Below, piece by piece: positions 44,043 to 53,713 of a DNA stretch of 64,000 nucleotides (positions within the stretch are counted from its first letter, which is position 1; each line of letters starts with the position of its first letter). The notes under the pieces were generated by a model, which saw only the letters and a list, made by a program, of their open reading frames with translations, did not search any database and was not told the DNA's origin. The position numbers and the translations under genes were made by a program. Source of the stretch: an uncultured Candidatus Saccharibacteria bacterium (GTDB lineage: Bacteria; Patescibacteriota; Minisyncoccia; Portnoybacterales; UBA2143); contig CAZFBL010000001.1 of NCBI GenBank assembly GCA_964517275.1, positions 14,144 to 78,143 on the forward strand, written 5' to 3'.

Positions 44043-46574
44043 ATGTTTAGAAGAATAATTAAGCCAACAATTAAATTAGCTGTTTTTTGTTTAGTCATCG
44101 GTATTTTAGCCGTTCTGGCAATTTCGGCCTACTTCGCCAAAGACCTGCCCGATCCGACCAAAATCAGCCAGCGTCAGATAGTTGAATCAACCAAGATTTA
44201 CGACCGGACCGGCCAGACTGTCATTTATGATATCCATGGCGAGGAGAAAAGAACGGTTATCCTTTTTGAAGAAATACCCCAATTTGTCAAAGAGGCGACT
44301 GTAGTCATTGAAGATGATAATTTTTATCATCACTTTGGTCTGGATTGGCGAGGAATTCTGCGAGCCGCCTGGGCTAATTTAACCGGCAAAAAAATCGCCC
44401 AAGGCGGTTCAACCATAACCCAGCAGTTTATTAAAAACGCTTATTTAGGCGGCCCCCAATCGGCCAGGACTTTTACTCGAAAAATCAAAGAAGCCATTCT
44501 GGCTCCATTGATGGAAAGCAAGTATTCCAAGGATGAGATTCTCGGGTTTTATCTCAATCAGGTGCCTTACGGCTCCAATGCCTATGGTATTGAGGCAGCC
44601 GCCCAAACTTACTTTAGCAAACCGGCCCGAGACTTAACTTTAGCTGAATCAACTCTTTTAGCGGCCCTCCCTCAGGCGCCGAGTTACTATTCGCCTTACG
44701 GTTCTCATCCCGAAGAATTGAAAGCCAGGCAAGAATGTATTTTGGAAAGAATGGTTAAGTTCGGCTATATTACCGAAGAAGAAGCCAGCCAGGCTAAAGA
44801 AGAAGAATTAAAATACGCTTCCCAGATTGATCTCAAAGCGCATCATTTTGTAACTATGATTCAGGAATATCTGGAGGAAAACTATGGCCGCCAATATACT
44901 GATATCAATATGGCTGGCCTGAAGGTTTATACTAGCCTAGATTGGGAACTACAACAAATCGCCGAAGAGGCGGTCAAACAGGGAGCGGAACGAAACGAAA
45001 AAAACTACCGCGCTTCCAACGCCGCCCTGGTCGCCATCGACCCAAAAACTGGTCAGCTGCTCGCTTTGGTCGGCTCAAAGGGTTACCAGGAAGAACAATT
45101 CAATGTAGCAACCAGTCCCCATCGACAACCGGGCTCCTCTTTTAAACCGTTCGCTTACGCAGTCGCTTTCGAGAAGGGTTATAACCCAGAAACAATCTTA
45201 TTTGATTTAGAAACCAGCTTTGGCAAATTCGGACCAGGTGATGGTCAAGAATACGCTCCCAAAAACTATGATTTAAAATTCCGCGGCCCGGTGACCATGA
45301 GACAAGCCTTAGCTCAATCGATTAACTTACCTTCAGTCAAAACTCTTTATCTGGCCGGGGTTCAGGAAACTATCAATTTAGCCCAGGATATGGGCATTAC
45401 CACTCTTAAAGACCGTAGCCGCTACAGTTTATCTTTGGTTCTCGGCGGCGGCGAAGTTAAATTGATAGACGAAACCGCCGCCTACAGTGTTTTCGCCTCT
45501 GAAGGGATCAAGCATCCTTTGAAAATGATTCTCAAGATTGAGGACGCCCAAGGGAATATCTTGGAAGAATATAATGATGAAGCCATTCGTGTTCTCGACA
45601 AACAGGTTGCCCGGCAAATAAGCGATGTTTTATCAGACGAGGCGGCCCGAGCCCCAATGTTCGGCTATCGCTCCGACCTTTTTTTAGCCGGCCGGCCGGC
45701 CGCCGCTAAAACCGGAACGACACAAGATTATAGCGACGGTTGGACGGTTGGCTACACACCAAGTCTGGTTGTTGGTGTCTGGGCCGGCAACAACGACTAC
45801 ACCAAAAAGATGAGAATGGGCGCGGCCGGTCTCTATGTGGCCGCCCCGATTTGGCACGACTTTATGACTCAATCCTACCAACTAAAAGCTGGCCAAGAAG
45901 TCGAGGAAGAAAATCAATTCAGCCTACCAGCTGAGATAGAAGGTTTTAATCAACCACTGGCCAGCTCGACGACTACTAAGCCGATGTTAAACGGGCAATT
46001 AGCCTATCAAAAAAAGATTGAAATTGATAAGATTTCCGGCAAATTAGCCACCGACTTAACTCCGCCCGACCTGATTGAAGAAAGAATTTATCAGGAGGTC
46101 CACTCTATTCTCTATTATGTCGATAAAGACAATCCGCTGGCTGATTACACTGAATTATCCAGCCAAGATGCCCAATTTGATTACTGGGAAAAACCGGCCT
46201 TGGCCTGGGCATCAAGTCAACCCTGCTCGGCCAGCTCCTGCTACAATCAGGAGCCGCCTGAACAATATGACGATATTCACACCGAAGAGAACCAACCCAG
46301 GGTAAGGATTAGCTCGCCGCCAGATAATTCCCTGGTCAGTCAATCTGCCTTAACTGTCAAGGTTCAAGCCAGCGCTCCTTTAGACATCAAACAGTTGGAT
46401 TTCTTTTGCAATAATCGACTGGTCGGCAGCGACACGAATTATCCTTATTCGGTCAGTTTCAACCTTTTTTCTTACCTAAATACAGACTCAAGCGAACAGA
46501 TAATTAAAGTACGAGCTTATGACAAGGTGCTCAACCGCCAAGAGGATGAAATAACGATTAAAGTAAATCTGTAA
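44043..46574 (+). CDS. Class A penicillin-binding protein with C-terminal Ig-like domain (start moved to MFRRII)
   Basis: EDDNFY.H.G, GGSTITQQ, RKIKE, YLNQ; transpeptidase SSFK, SIN and KTG motifs. Confidence 0.95.
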   Translation: MFRRIIKPTIKLAVFCLVIGILAVLAISAYFAKDLPDPTKISQRQIVESTKIYDRTGQTVIYDIHGEEKRTVILFEEIPQFVKEATVVIEDDNFYHHFGLDWRGILRAAWANLTGKKIAQGGSTITQQFIKNAYLGGPQSARTFTRKIKEAILAPLMESKYSKDEILGFYLNQVPYGSNAYGIEAAAQTYFSKPARDLTLAESTLLAALPQAPSYYSPYGSHPEELKARQECILERMVKFGYITEEEASQAKEEELKYASQIDLKAHHFVTMIQEYLEENYGRQYTDINMAGLKVYTSLDWELQQIAEEAVKQGAERNEKNYRASNAALVAIDPKTGQLLALVGSKGYQEEQFNVATSPHRQPGSSFKPFAYAVAFEKGYNPETILFDLETSFGKFGPGDGQEYAPKNYDLKFRGPVTMRQALAQSINLPSVKTLYLAGVQETINLAQDMGITTLKDRSRYSLSLVLGGGEVKLIDETAAYSVFASEGIKHPLKMILKIEDAQGNILEEYNDEAIRVLDKQVARQISDVLSDEAARAPMFGYRSDLFLAGRPAAAKTGTTQDYSDGWTVGYTPSLVVGVWAGNNDYTKKMRMGAAGLYVAAPIWHDFMTQSYQLKAGQEVEEENQFSLPAEIEGFNQPLASSTTTKPMLNGQLAYQKKIEIDKISGKLATDLTPPDLIEERIYQEVHSILYYVDKDNPLADYTELSSQDAQFDYWEKPALAWASSQPCSASSCYNQEPPEQYDDIHTEENQPRVRISSPPDNSLVSQSALTVKVQASAPLDIKQLDFFCNNRLVGSDTNYPYSVSFNLFSYLNTDSSEQIIKVRAYDKVLNRQEDEITIKVNL

Positions 46575-46586
46575 ATATGTATAATT

Positions 46587-47438
46587 ATGTATAATCCGGA
46601 AGAATTGCTTTTAAAAAAACAGGCCGCTCCCGAAGAAGAGCTTTGCCCGAATGAAGAAAAAGTCTACCATGACTATGTTTTAAGCTATAAAAAAGAGAGC
46701 GTAAAAATAGATAATTTTTCTGATATTTATCCGGAAATAAAAATCAAGAGAGATGTAAAAAGGGTGGCTGAGATTAAAGAAAAATTCTGGTCTGGTAAAA
46801 CCGAGCGTTCGGAGATTCTAGAGGCAATTCTGGCCAGGCAGATTGAGCAAGCCAATTGGTTTGGCGAGAATTGTTCCGTCGTCCGGACTTCTGAATATGA
46901 TGATTTGGTCAATCACACCGACTTGGTCGCTGAATTCGAAGAAGAAGGTATATTCATCAGACTGGCTCTAGATGTGACAACCAGTCAGGATAAAGACACT
47001 TTAGCCGATAAGATAAGATCTATTGAAAAAGAAATAGACCAAGGTAAATTAACTAGCTTGGAATATTATTTATCCGAAGAAACCGAACCGCCAACCAAGG
47101 GTCGGCTGGAAATGGTCCCCCGGGTAATTATTGGGACTGATAGAGAGGGAGTTAAAGAATTAAGCGACCTGGTTAAGAAAACAATTGACCAGGAGAAAGG
47201 AAGTAATCTTGAATTGGCTAATTCTCAGGTCCAAATTGAATTACTAACCGAAGTCAAAGAACAGCTGGAATACTTTATTGATTACGCTAAAGAGAAGAAG
47301 GCTGCCCCTTTTTTGATTAACCAACAAAAGAAAGTTTTGAAAATTATTGAGCGAGCTTTGGAAAATAAAAAGAGCTCGATTGGTCCAACCAACCGAGCTC
47401 GCCAGAATGACACCTATCAGTTTCTCAGCTCTCTTTAG
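46587..47438 (+). CDS. Hypothetical protein (possible PD-(D/E)xK-like fold)
   Basis: 283 aa with acidic pattern E...EYDD..N.TDLV...LALDVT; function not established. Confidence 0.75.
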   Translation: MYNPEELLLKKQAAPEEELCPNEEKVYHDYVLSYKKESVKIDNFSDIYPEIKIKRDVKRVAEIKEKFWSGKTERSEILEAILARQIEQANWFGENCSVVRTSEYDDLVNHTDLVAEFEEEGIFIRLALDVTTSQDKDTLADKIRSIEKEIDQGKLTSLEYYLSEETEPPTKGRLEMVPRVIIGTDREGVKELSDLVKKTIDQEKGSNLELANSQVQIELLTEVKEQLEYFIDYAKEKKAAPFLINQQKKVLKIIERALENKKSSIGPTNRARQNDTYQFLSSL

Positions 47439-47565
47439 CTTCTTTTTGGTCTTTATCTTTAGGGATTTCTTTACTTCTTTCCTTTTTTAATATAGAAGAA
47501 ATCCTATAAAATATCCCACCTTTAGGAATTTCCTGTTTAGGGATTTTTTTATCCCCTTTTTCCAT
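47425..47565 (-). CDS. Unannotated 46-aa Lys/Glu-rich small protein
   Basis: AAGGAGGAGGAG directly before the ATG; TTGACA-18 nt-TATTAT upstream; MEKGDKKIPKQEIPKGGIFYRISSILKKERSKEIPKDKDQKEAKES. Confidence 0.6.
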   Translation of the reverse strand: MEKGDKKIPKQEIPKGGIFYRISSILKKERSKEIPKDKDQKEAKES

Positions 47566-47630
47566 CTCCTCCTCCTTTTTAAATCTAAGATAACTTAATA
47601 ATAAAACAAAAAAATAACTAATGTCAATAT

Positions 47631-48734
47631 TTAAGCCTTAATCGGCATAACTAAATAAGTGTAACTAGTGTCACCAACCGGCCTAATAACTATTGGCTTG
47701 TCGCTTCCGTTAAAACCTAAGCTAATTTTATCGCTAAAAATATTATTCAAGCCATCTAAAAGATAGCGGTAATTAAAAACTGTCTCAACTTCCCGGCCGT
47801 CGATTTTAGCCTCAATTTGAGACTTGTTTTCGCCAATATCAACATCTTTAGCGACAATCTCTAATAACGACTTCTCTGAATTAATGATTATCTTAATATT
47901 ATTTATTTTTCCGCTAAAAAGGCTGGCTACTTTAATATTACTAATTAAGTCTTCCCGATTAATAATTACTTCGGTCTTAAAATCATTAGGGATAATTTGT
48001 TGATAATCTGGGTATTGACCGTCGATTAACCTGGAGATAACTTGGTAATCTTCTAAATCAAATAAAATCTGGCCGGTTGATAAAACTATTTTAACCTCAT
48101 TTTCATTATCATTTAATATCCTAATTAGCTCTTGAATGGTTCTATGAGGAATAATTACTGTATGAGTTTTTGAGCTTTGAATGTTTTTAACTTCAATATT
48201 TTTTTCAGCTAAACGGAAACTATCAGTTGCCGCCAGTTTAATTAAACTTTTGTCGAATTTAGTATATATCCCTGAAATTTCCGGTCGCGATTCAGAAAAA
48301 GAAACCATCTCAACCACCTGAGATAAGCTATTTTTTAAAACCAACCCGTTAATTTTAATAACTGGCTCTTCTTTGATTTTTGGAATAATCGGGAAATCAT
48401 CAGCGCTTAACCCATTAATAATAGATTTAAATTTTTCACAACGTAGTTCTAATTGATTATTCTTGGTTTTAAGTTCTACTTTTTTATTAGGTAGGTTATT
48501 AATTAAATCGCTAATTAACCTCGCAGGAACGGTAATTTTACCTGATTCCGTTACTTTACCACTTAACCAAGTATTAATACCGATTTCTAAATTAGTTGAG
48601 GAAACCTTTAATTTACTTTTCTCAACCACTAAAAGAAGATTATTTAAAATAGGTAAAGATAAATTACGTCCAATAATCCTTTCAGTAATATTAAGAGCTT
48701 GTTTTAATTTTTCTTGAAGACAAATTATCTGCAT
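47631..48734 (-). CDS. dnaN: DNA polymerase III beta clamp
   Basis: LPILNN, STNLEIG, DDFP, AATDSFRLAE, SRLIDGQYPDY, YLVMPI. Confidence 0.97.
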   Translation of the reverse strand: MQIICLQEKLKQALNITERIIGRNLSLPILNNLLLVVEKSKLKVSSTNLEIGINTWLSGKVTESGKITVPARLISDLINNLPNKKVELKTKNNQLELRCEKFKSIINGLSADDFPIIPKIKEEPVIKINGLVLKNSLSQVVEMVSFSESRPEISGIYTKFDKSLIKLAATDSFRLAEKNIEVKNIQSSKTHTVIIPHRTIQELIRILNDNENEVKIVLSTGQILFDLEDYQVISRLIDGQYPDYQQIIPNDFKTEVIINREDLISNIKVASLFSGKINNIKIIINSEKSLLEIVAKDVDIGENKSQIEAKIDGREVETVFNYRYLLDGLNNIFSDKISLGFNGSDKPIVIRPVGDTSYTYLVMPIKA

Positions 48735-48908
48735 AATTATAATAATAATTATAATAATAATTATAATATATAATATTATTATTAATGTTAGGGTTTTAAA
48801 AACTGGGGAAAAACTATTTTAGTTTAATTATTAATTAGTAAAACAGTTTTAAAACTTGTTGAATTTATAATTAATAATCTGTTGATAATATTTTGATAAC
48901 TTTATAGG
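48735..48908. other. oriC unwinding region (dnaA-dnaN intergenic)
   Basis: DnaA-box-like TGTTGATAA (48880), TTTTGATAA (48891) and TGGGGAAAA (48804), then a short CCC and TAA-type trinucleotide repeats leading into an almost pure A/T tract. Confidence 0.8.
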
Positions 48909-50264
48909 CTAACTATAAATTCTTTCCTTGATTAAATTTATTTCTTGTAGGAGTGATTCGTTATTTTCAATATTCTTATTGATTTTTTGGTAGGCATACA
49001 TAACTGTTGTATGGTCGCGGCCGCCTATTTTTTCACCGATATATGGGTAAGAACCGTTAAGTTCTTCGCGAATTAGATACATAGTTATCTGACGGGGATA
49101 AACCAACTCTTTTTTTCGAGAACGGTTGATTAATTCATTAATACTGATATCATAAAATTCAGCGACTGCCTTAAGAATATTTTTTAAATTAGTCTTTCTT
49201 TTTGGGCTACTAATGATTTTAGAAAGAATCTGTGAGGTATTTTTTAAATTAGGTGAAATTTCATTCATTTGACAAAAAACAATTAATCTATTAAGCGCAC
49301 CTTCTAATTCTCTGATATTTTTTTGGACATTATTGGCAATGTAATTTACGACTTCTTCTTGTATTTTGAAATTTTTATCCTTAACTTTACTTCTAAGGAT
49401 AGCCATTCTTGTCTCTAAGTCGGGATAACTAATATCAGCAATCATTCCTCCTTCAAAACGGGAACGAAGTCTTTCTTCTAAAGTAGAAATTGCCTTGGGT
49501 GGCCGGTCAGAACTAATGATAATTTGCTTATTTTTCTGATAAAGAGAATTAAAGGTGTGGAAAAATTCCTCTTGGGTCTTCTCTTTGCCGGCAATGAAAT
49601 GAATATCGTCAATAATTAAAGTGTCTATTTTCTGGTATTTCTTTTTAAAACTATCCATTCCTTTTTTGGAAATAGCGTCAACTAGTTCGCTGGTGTATTT
49701 TTCAGAACTAAGATATTTAACTTTTTTATTGGGATATTTTTTAACTAACTCATTCCCGACAGCCTGAAGAAGATGAGTTTTACCTAGACCGACTCCGCCG
49801 TAAATAAAAAGAGGGTTGTAAAGCGTGCCTAAATGTTTAATAACCCCCAGGCCGGCCGCCTGGGCCAGTTCATTAAAGGAGCCGATAACAAAATTTTCAA
49901 AACTGTATTTAGGGTTTAGATTGGTTTCTCCATTAACATTAAACTCCTGGAATTTAAGTTGGTCTTCAGAGAAAGTGAAAGGAGGTTTTCTTTTAGCTGG
50001 ACTGGTTTCCAAAATAACTCCTCCCTCGATAATGAATTTAATTTCTTTGATATCAGGAGAATTATTACGTAGGATTTTTAAAATGAGTTTATTATATTTA
50101 TTTTCCAGCCATTCTTTAGTAAATGCGTTAGGGACGCCAATAGTAATCACTCCATCTTTTTTTGAGTGAATCCTGGTGTTTCTGAACCAAGTGATAAAAT
50201 TAGCTTTGGAAATACTTAATTCTATTTCGCCTAAGATAGCCTGCCAGAGTTCTTTTAAATTCAT
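48909..50264 (-). CDS. dnaA: Chromosomal replication initiator DnaA
   Basis: YNPLFIYGGVGLGKTHL, IDDI, EEFFHTFN, NIRELEGAL, GGRDHTTV. Confidence 0.98.
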   Translation of the reverse strand: MNLKELWQAILGEIELSISKANFITWFRNTRIHSKKDGVITIGVPNAFTKEWLENKYNKLILKILRNNSPDIKEIKFIIEGGVILETSPAKRKPPFTFSEDQLKFQEFNVNGETNLNPKYSFENFVIGSFNELAQAAGLGVIKHLGTLYNPLFIYGGVGLGKTHLLQAVGNELVKKYPNKKVKYLSSEKYTSELVDAISKKGMDSFKKKYQKIDTLIIDDIHFIAGKEKTQEEFFHTFNSLYQKNKQIIISSDRPPKAISTLEERLRSRFEGGMIADISYPDLETRMAILRSKVKDKNFKIQEEVVNYIANNVQKNIRELEGALNRLIVFCQMNEISPNLKNTSQILSKIISSPKRKTNLKNILKAVAEFYDISINELINRSRKKELVYPRQITMYLIREELNGSYPYIGEKIGGRDHTTVMYAYQKINKNIENNESLLQEINLIKERIYS

Positions 50265-50379
50265 TGTGTTTTATCCGAGTTAAAATATTATAAAGAAAAA
50301 GGTGGTGAAAAATATTTCCTCTGTGCTTCAATTGACCGGATAATTGAAGAATCTGTTGTTATTCTACCACAATTAAAAA

Positions 50380-50490
50380 AATAATAAACAGGTCTTTTTT
50401 GTTAACAAGTTGTGGAAGAAGAGTGGATAAATTAAAGGCATAAATTAACAGCTTGTTGATTTGACGAAATACTCCTTAAATGCTAATCTG
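50380..50490. promoter_or_regulatory. DnaA boxes and rpmH promoter upstream of dnaA
   Basis: TGTGGAAGA (50411), AGTGGATAA (50422); TTGACG-17 nt-TAATCT at 50461. Confidence 0.6.
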
Positions 50491-50521
50491 AATTAACAAA
50501 CCTTCTGTCTATTTTAATCCT

Positions 50522-50656
50522 ATGTCTATTACTTATCAACCCAAAAAGAAGAAACGCAAGAAAACCCACGGCTTTCGGGCTAGGATGGCTACTCGATACG
50601 GTCGACGGGTTTTGTCTCGTCGCCGGCGTAAACAACGGGAAAAAATAACCGTCTAG
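50522..50656 (+). CDS. rpmH: 50S ribosomal protein L34 (not in the ORF track)
   Basis: [44 protein letters not shown]; divergent from dnaA. Confidence 0.97.
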   Translation: MSITYQPKKKKRKKTHGFRARMATRYGRRVLSRRRRKQREKITV

Positions 50657-50742
50657 TTTTATTGACTTAATGAGCGAAGGAAACGAAAATTTGTTTCTAT
50701 TTCCAAGCAAGTGAATTAATATATAGGTAATAAAATTTTTTA

Positions 50743-51081
50743 ATGTTACCTGGAAAATATAAGCTAAAAAAAGAAAGCCATTTCAAGAGAGTTTTCCGTC
50801 AAGGGAAAACCTGCCAAGGAGAATTTATCCGTCTTAAGTTTTTTAGGAATAATTTAGAGATTAGCCGTTTTGCGTTTGTTGTTAGTTTAAAAACATCCAA
50901 AAAAGCCAGTCAGCGGAATAAAATCAGGCGTCAATTAGAAGAAATAATCCGTTCAAGATTAGAATTAATCAAACCCGGACTTGATATGGTTATTTCTGTT
51001 AATCCGGAAATAATTAATCAAAATTACCAAACCATTGAAAAAAAACTGATGAATTTATTCAAAAAAGCTAAACTGATCTAG
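50743..51081 (+). CDS. rnpA: Ribonuclease P protein component
   Basis: F.RVF..GK, RFAFVVS.K..KKA..RNKIRR; follows rpmH. Confidence 0.95.
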   Translation: MLPGKYKLKKESHFKRVFRQGKTCQGEFIRLKFFRNNLEISRFAFVVSLKTSKKASQRNKIRRQLEEIIRSRLELIKPGLDMVISVNPEIINQNYQTIEKKLMNLFKKAKLI

Positions 51082-51082
51082 T

Positions 51083-51808
51083 ATGGAAATATTAATAAAT
51101 TTTTTTAATCAAATCCTTTATTACCCTTTATTCAACGCCCTAATTTGGCTTTATAATAATATCCCAGGCCAAGATTTAGGGATAGCCATCATTGTTTTGA
51201 CCGCTCTAATACGTTTTATTTTATACCCTCTTTCCCAAAAGGCAATCCAGTCTCAAAAAGCGATGGCTAAATTACAGCCGGAGATAAAGGAAATTAGGAA
51301 GAAATACAAAGGGAAAGAAGAACAGGCCAAGGCGATGATGAATTTATATCAGAAATACAAGATTAATCCTTTTTCCGGTTGTCTGCCTATTCTTATTCAA
51401 CTACCCATCCTGTTCGCTCTTTATAGGGTTTTCTTCACCGGTTTAGACCCCCAGAGATTAAATGGACTTTATAGCTTTATTGAACAGCCGACATCGTTAA
51501 GCCCGATGTTTTTGGGGATAGTCGACCTTTCTCAAAGAAGTATCATTTTAGCTGTTTTAACTGGTATTCTTATGTTTATTCAATCTAAAATGATTATGCC
51601 TAAAAAAACAGCTCAACCGACCCAAGGGGTGAAAATAGCTGGTTTGGACATTTCTTCTCTAATGAGTCAACAGATGCTTTACTTTATGCCGTTAATCACT
51701 GTTTTAATTGCTTGGAATTTGCCGGCCGCTCTGCCTCTTTATTGGATAGTTATTACCCTATTCGGAATTATTCAGCAGTATTTTACAAAAGTTAAAATTG
51801 AAGGTTAG
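51083..51808 (+). CDS. yidC: Membrane protein insertase YidC/Oxa1
   Basis: AII.LT..IR..LYPL, LQPEI, NPFSGCLP.LIQLPI, LYW. Confidence 0.95.
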   Translation: MEILINFFNQILYYPLFNALIWLYNNIPGQDLGIAIIVLTALIRFILYPLSQKAIQSQKAMAKLQPEIKEIRKKYKGKEEQAKAMMNLYQKYKINPFSGCLPILIQLPILFALYRVFFTGLDPQRLNGLYSFIEQPTSLSPMFLGIVDLSQRSIILAVLTGILMFIQSKMIMPKKTAQPTQGVKIAGLDISSLMSQQMLYFMPLITVLIAWNLPAALPLYWIVITLFGIIQQYFTKVKIEG

Positions 51809-51823
51809 AATATAAATACAAGT

Positions 51824-52285
51824 ATGGAGAAAGAAAATCTTATCAAAGATACAATTAACCAGTTATTAAAAATAATCGGAATTGACGGTCAGTTGACTGT
51901 CGATGGTTTAAACCAAGATAATATTTTAGTTAATATCCAGACTGAGCAAGGCGGATTTTTAATTGGTCAGGCCGGAGCTAATTTAAACGCTCTCCAACAC
52001 ATCGCTCGTTTGTTGGTTAATAAGAAAAACAATCAGACGATTCGATTTATCCTGGACGTCAATAATTATCGTCGTCATCGTTTAGAGTTACTGGAAGAGT
52101 TAGCTCAAGATATGGCTAAGCAGGCTTTAACCAGGCGAGTCTCTTTGATTTTACACCCAATGCCGGCCTATGAAAGAAGAATTATTCATTTAGCGTTGGC
52201 TGAACAGCCGGAAATAAACACTCAAAGCACTGGCCAAGAGCCGAAGAGGAGGATAGTCATCAAACCGGTCAGTCAGGATAAATAA
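51824..52285 (+). CDS. Jag/KhpB-type KH + R3H RNA-binding protein (short)
   Basis: LIGQ.G.NL.ALQ, DVNNYR, PMPAYERRIIH, S.GQEPKRRIVI. Confidence 0.92.
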   Translation: MEKENLIKDTINQLLKIIGIDGQLTVDGLNQDNILVNIQTEQGGFLIGQAGANLNALQHIARLLVNKKNNQTIRFILDVNNYRRHRLELLEELAQDMAKQALTRRVSLILHPMPAYERRIIHLALAEQPEINTQSTGQEPKRRIVIKPVSQDK

Positions 52286-52297
52286 ATCGACTACCCA

Positions 52298-53713
52298 ATG
52301 CTTGGTAGAAAAATTACCTATAATACGATTGTGGCGGCTGGGGCTAGAGTTATTAATCTAGCCCTTTCTTTAATTATTATTGGTTTTATCACCCGTTACT
52401 TGGGACAAACTGGTTTTGGCCAATACACAACTATTCTGGCTTTCTTGTACTTCTTCAGCGTTTTGGCTGATTTGGGCCTTTACTCTATTTGTCTGCGGGA
52501 AATTTCCCGACCGACCGCCGATGAGAGAAAAATAGCCAGTAATGCTTTTACTCTGAGATTAGTGGCCGGCTTATTTATTTTCAGCTTAGCCCCCTTAGCC
52601 GGCTATTTCTTCCCTTATCCGGGACAGGTCAAGTTAGGTATTTTGATTGGAGCAATCGGTTTCTGGCTTTTGTCAAATCAGCAGGTTCTGATGAGTGTCT
52701 TCCAAAAGTATCTGCGAGTAGATAAAGTCGCCTTGGCTGATTTCTTGGGTCGGCTGCTTCAATTGAGCTTAGTCCTCTTTTTTATCTGGCAGGAGAAAGA
52801 TTTTCTGTTTATCGTCAGCGCGATGGTTGGAGGCGCTTTGGTTAATTTTCTGCTGGTTTTTATTTTTAGTCAAAAGTATATTCCTATCTCATTGCAATTT
52901 GATTTCATCTTTTGGCGCTCTTTACTTAGAGAATCCCTGCCTCTGGCTTTGGCTATCGTTTTCACAATGATTTATTTTCGGATAGATACTATTATGCTTT
53001 CCCTAATGAAAAGCGCGGCCGAAGTCGGTATTTACGGTTTGGCTTACAAAATTCTGGAAAGCCTGATTTTCTTTCCGGCTATGTTCGTCGGCTTGGTTAT
53101 GCCTCTACTTTCCAGGTACGCCCTGGCCGCTAGGGAAAAATTCAGAAAAGTCAGCCAACAAACTTTAAATGTTTTGCTTATTTTTATCATTCCCATGGTT
53201 GTCGGCACCATCTTTCTTTCTCGGCCGGCAGTTACTTTGATTGCCGGTCGAGAATTTTCTCTTTCGGCCGGCGTTTTGAATATTCTTATTTTTGCGACCG
53301 GCCTTATTTTCTTGGGTACGCTTTTAAGCAACATGATTATTGCCCTAAAGGAACAAAGAAAATTGACTTATATTTACGGCTTAGGGGCTTTATTGAATCT
53401 GGTTGCCAATTTTATTTTTATTCCCAAGTATTCCTATTATGGAGCGGCCGTAACAACCGTTCTGACCGAATTAATTGTTACTTTACTGATGCTGGTCGTT
53501 CTTTATCGGCTTTTGAGAAAATTTATTTCCTTCAGCTCGTTGGTTAAATGCCTGGCGGCCGGCTTGATTATGGCCGCTTTGCTTTATGTCTGGCCGACAG
53601 CTAATTTATTTATCGTAATTATTTTAGCCAGCTTGGCTTACTTCGGTAGTCTGTATCTAATTGGCGGTTTTTCAACCAAAGACCTGTTAGCTTTAGTTAA
53701 GAAAAATGTTTAA
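52298..53713 (+). CDS. Wzx-type polysaccharide flippase
   Basis: RYLG..GFGQY, DLGL, IYFRIDTIML, VGIYG.AY, FIPKYSYYGAA; many TM helices. Confidence 0.9.
   Translation: MLGRKITYNTIVAAGARVINLALSLIIIGFITRYLGQTGFGQYTTILAFLYFFSVLADLGLYSICLREISRPTADERKIASNAFTLRLVAGLFIFSLAPLAGYFFPYPGQVKLGILIGAIGFWLLSNQQVLMSVFQKYLRVDKVALADFLGRLLQLSLVLFFIWQEKDFLFIVSAMVGGALVNFLLVFIFSQKYIPISLQFDFIFWRSLLRESLPLALAIVFTMIYFRIDTIMLSLMKSAAEVGIYGLAYKILESLIFFPAMFVGLVMPLLSRYALAAREKFRKVSQQTLNVLLIFIIPMVVGTIFLSRPAVTLIAGREFSLSAGVLNILIFATGLIFLGTLLSNMIIALKEQRKLTYIYGLGALLNLVANFIFIPKYSYYGAAVTTVLTELIVTLLMLVVLYRLLRKFISFSSLVKCLAAGLIMAALLYVWPTANLFIVIILASLAYFGSLYLIGGFSTKDLLALVKKNV

Noticed and set aside
48735-48785. AT-rich tandem repeats as a CRISPR array or VNTR
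   Set aside because: No spacer structure; explained as the oriC unwinding element.
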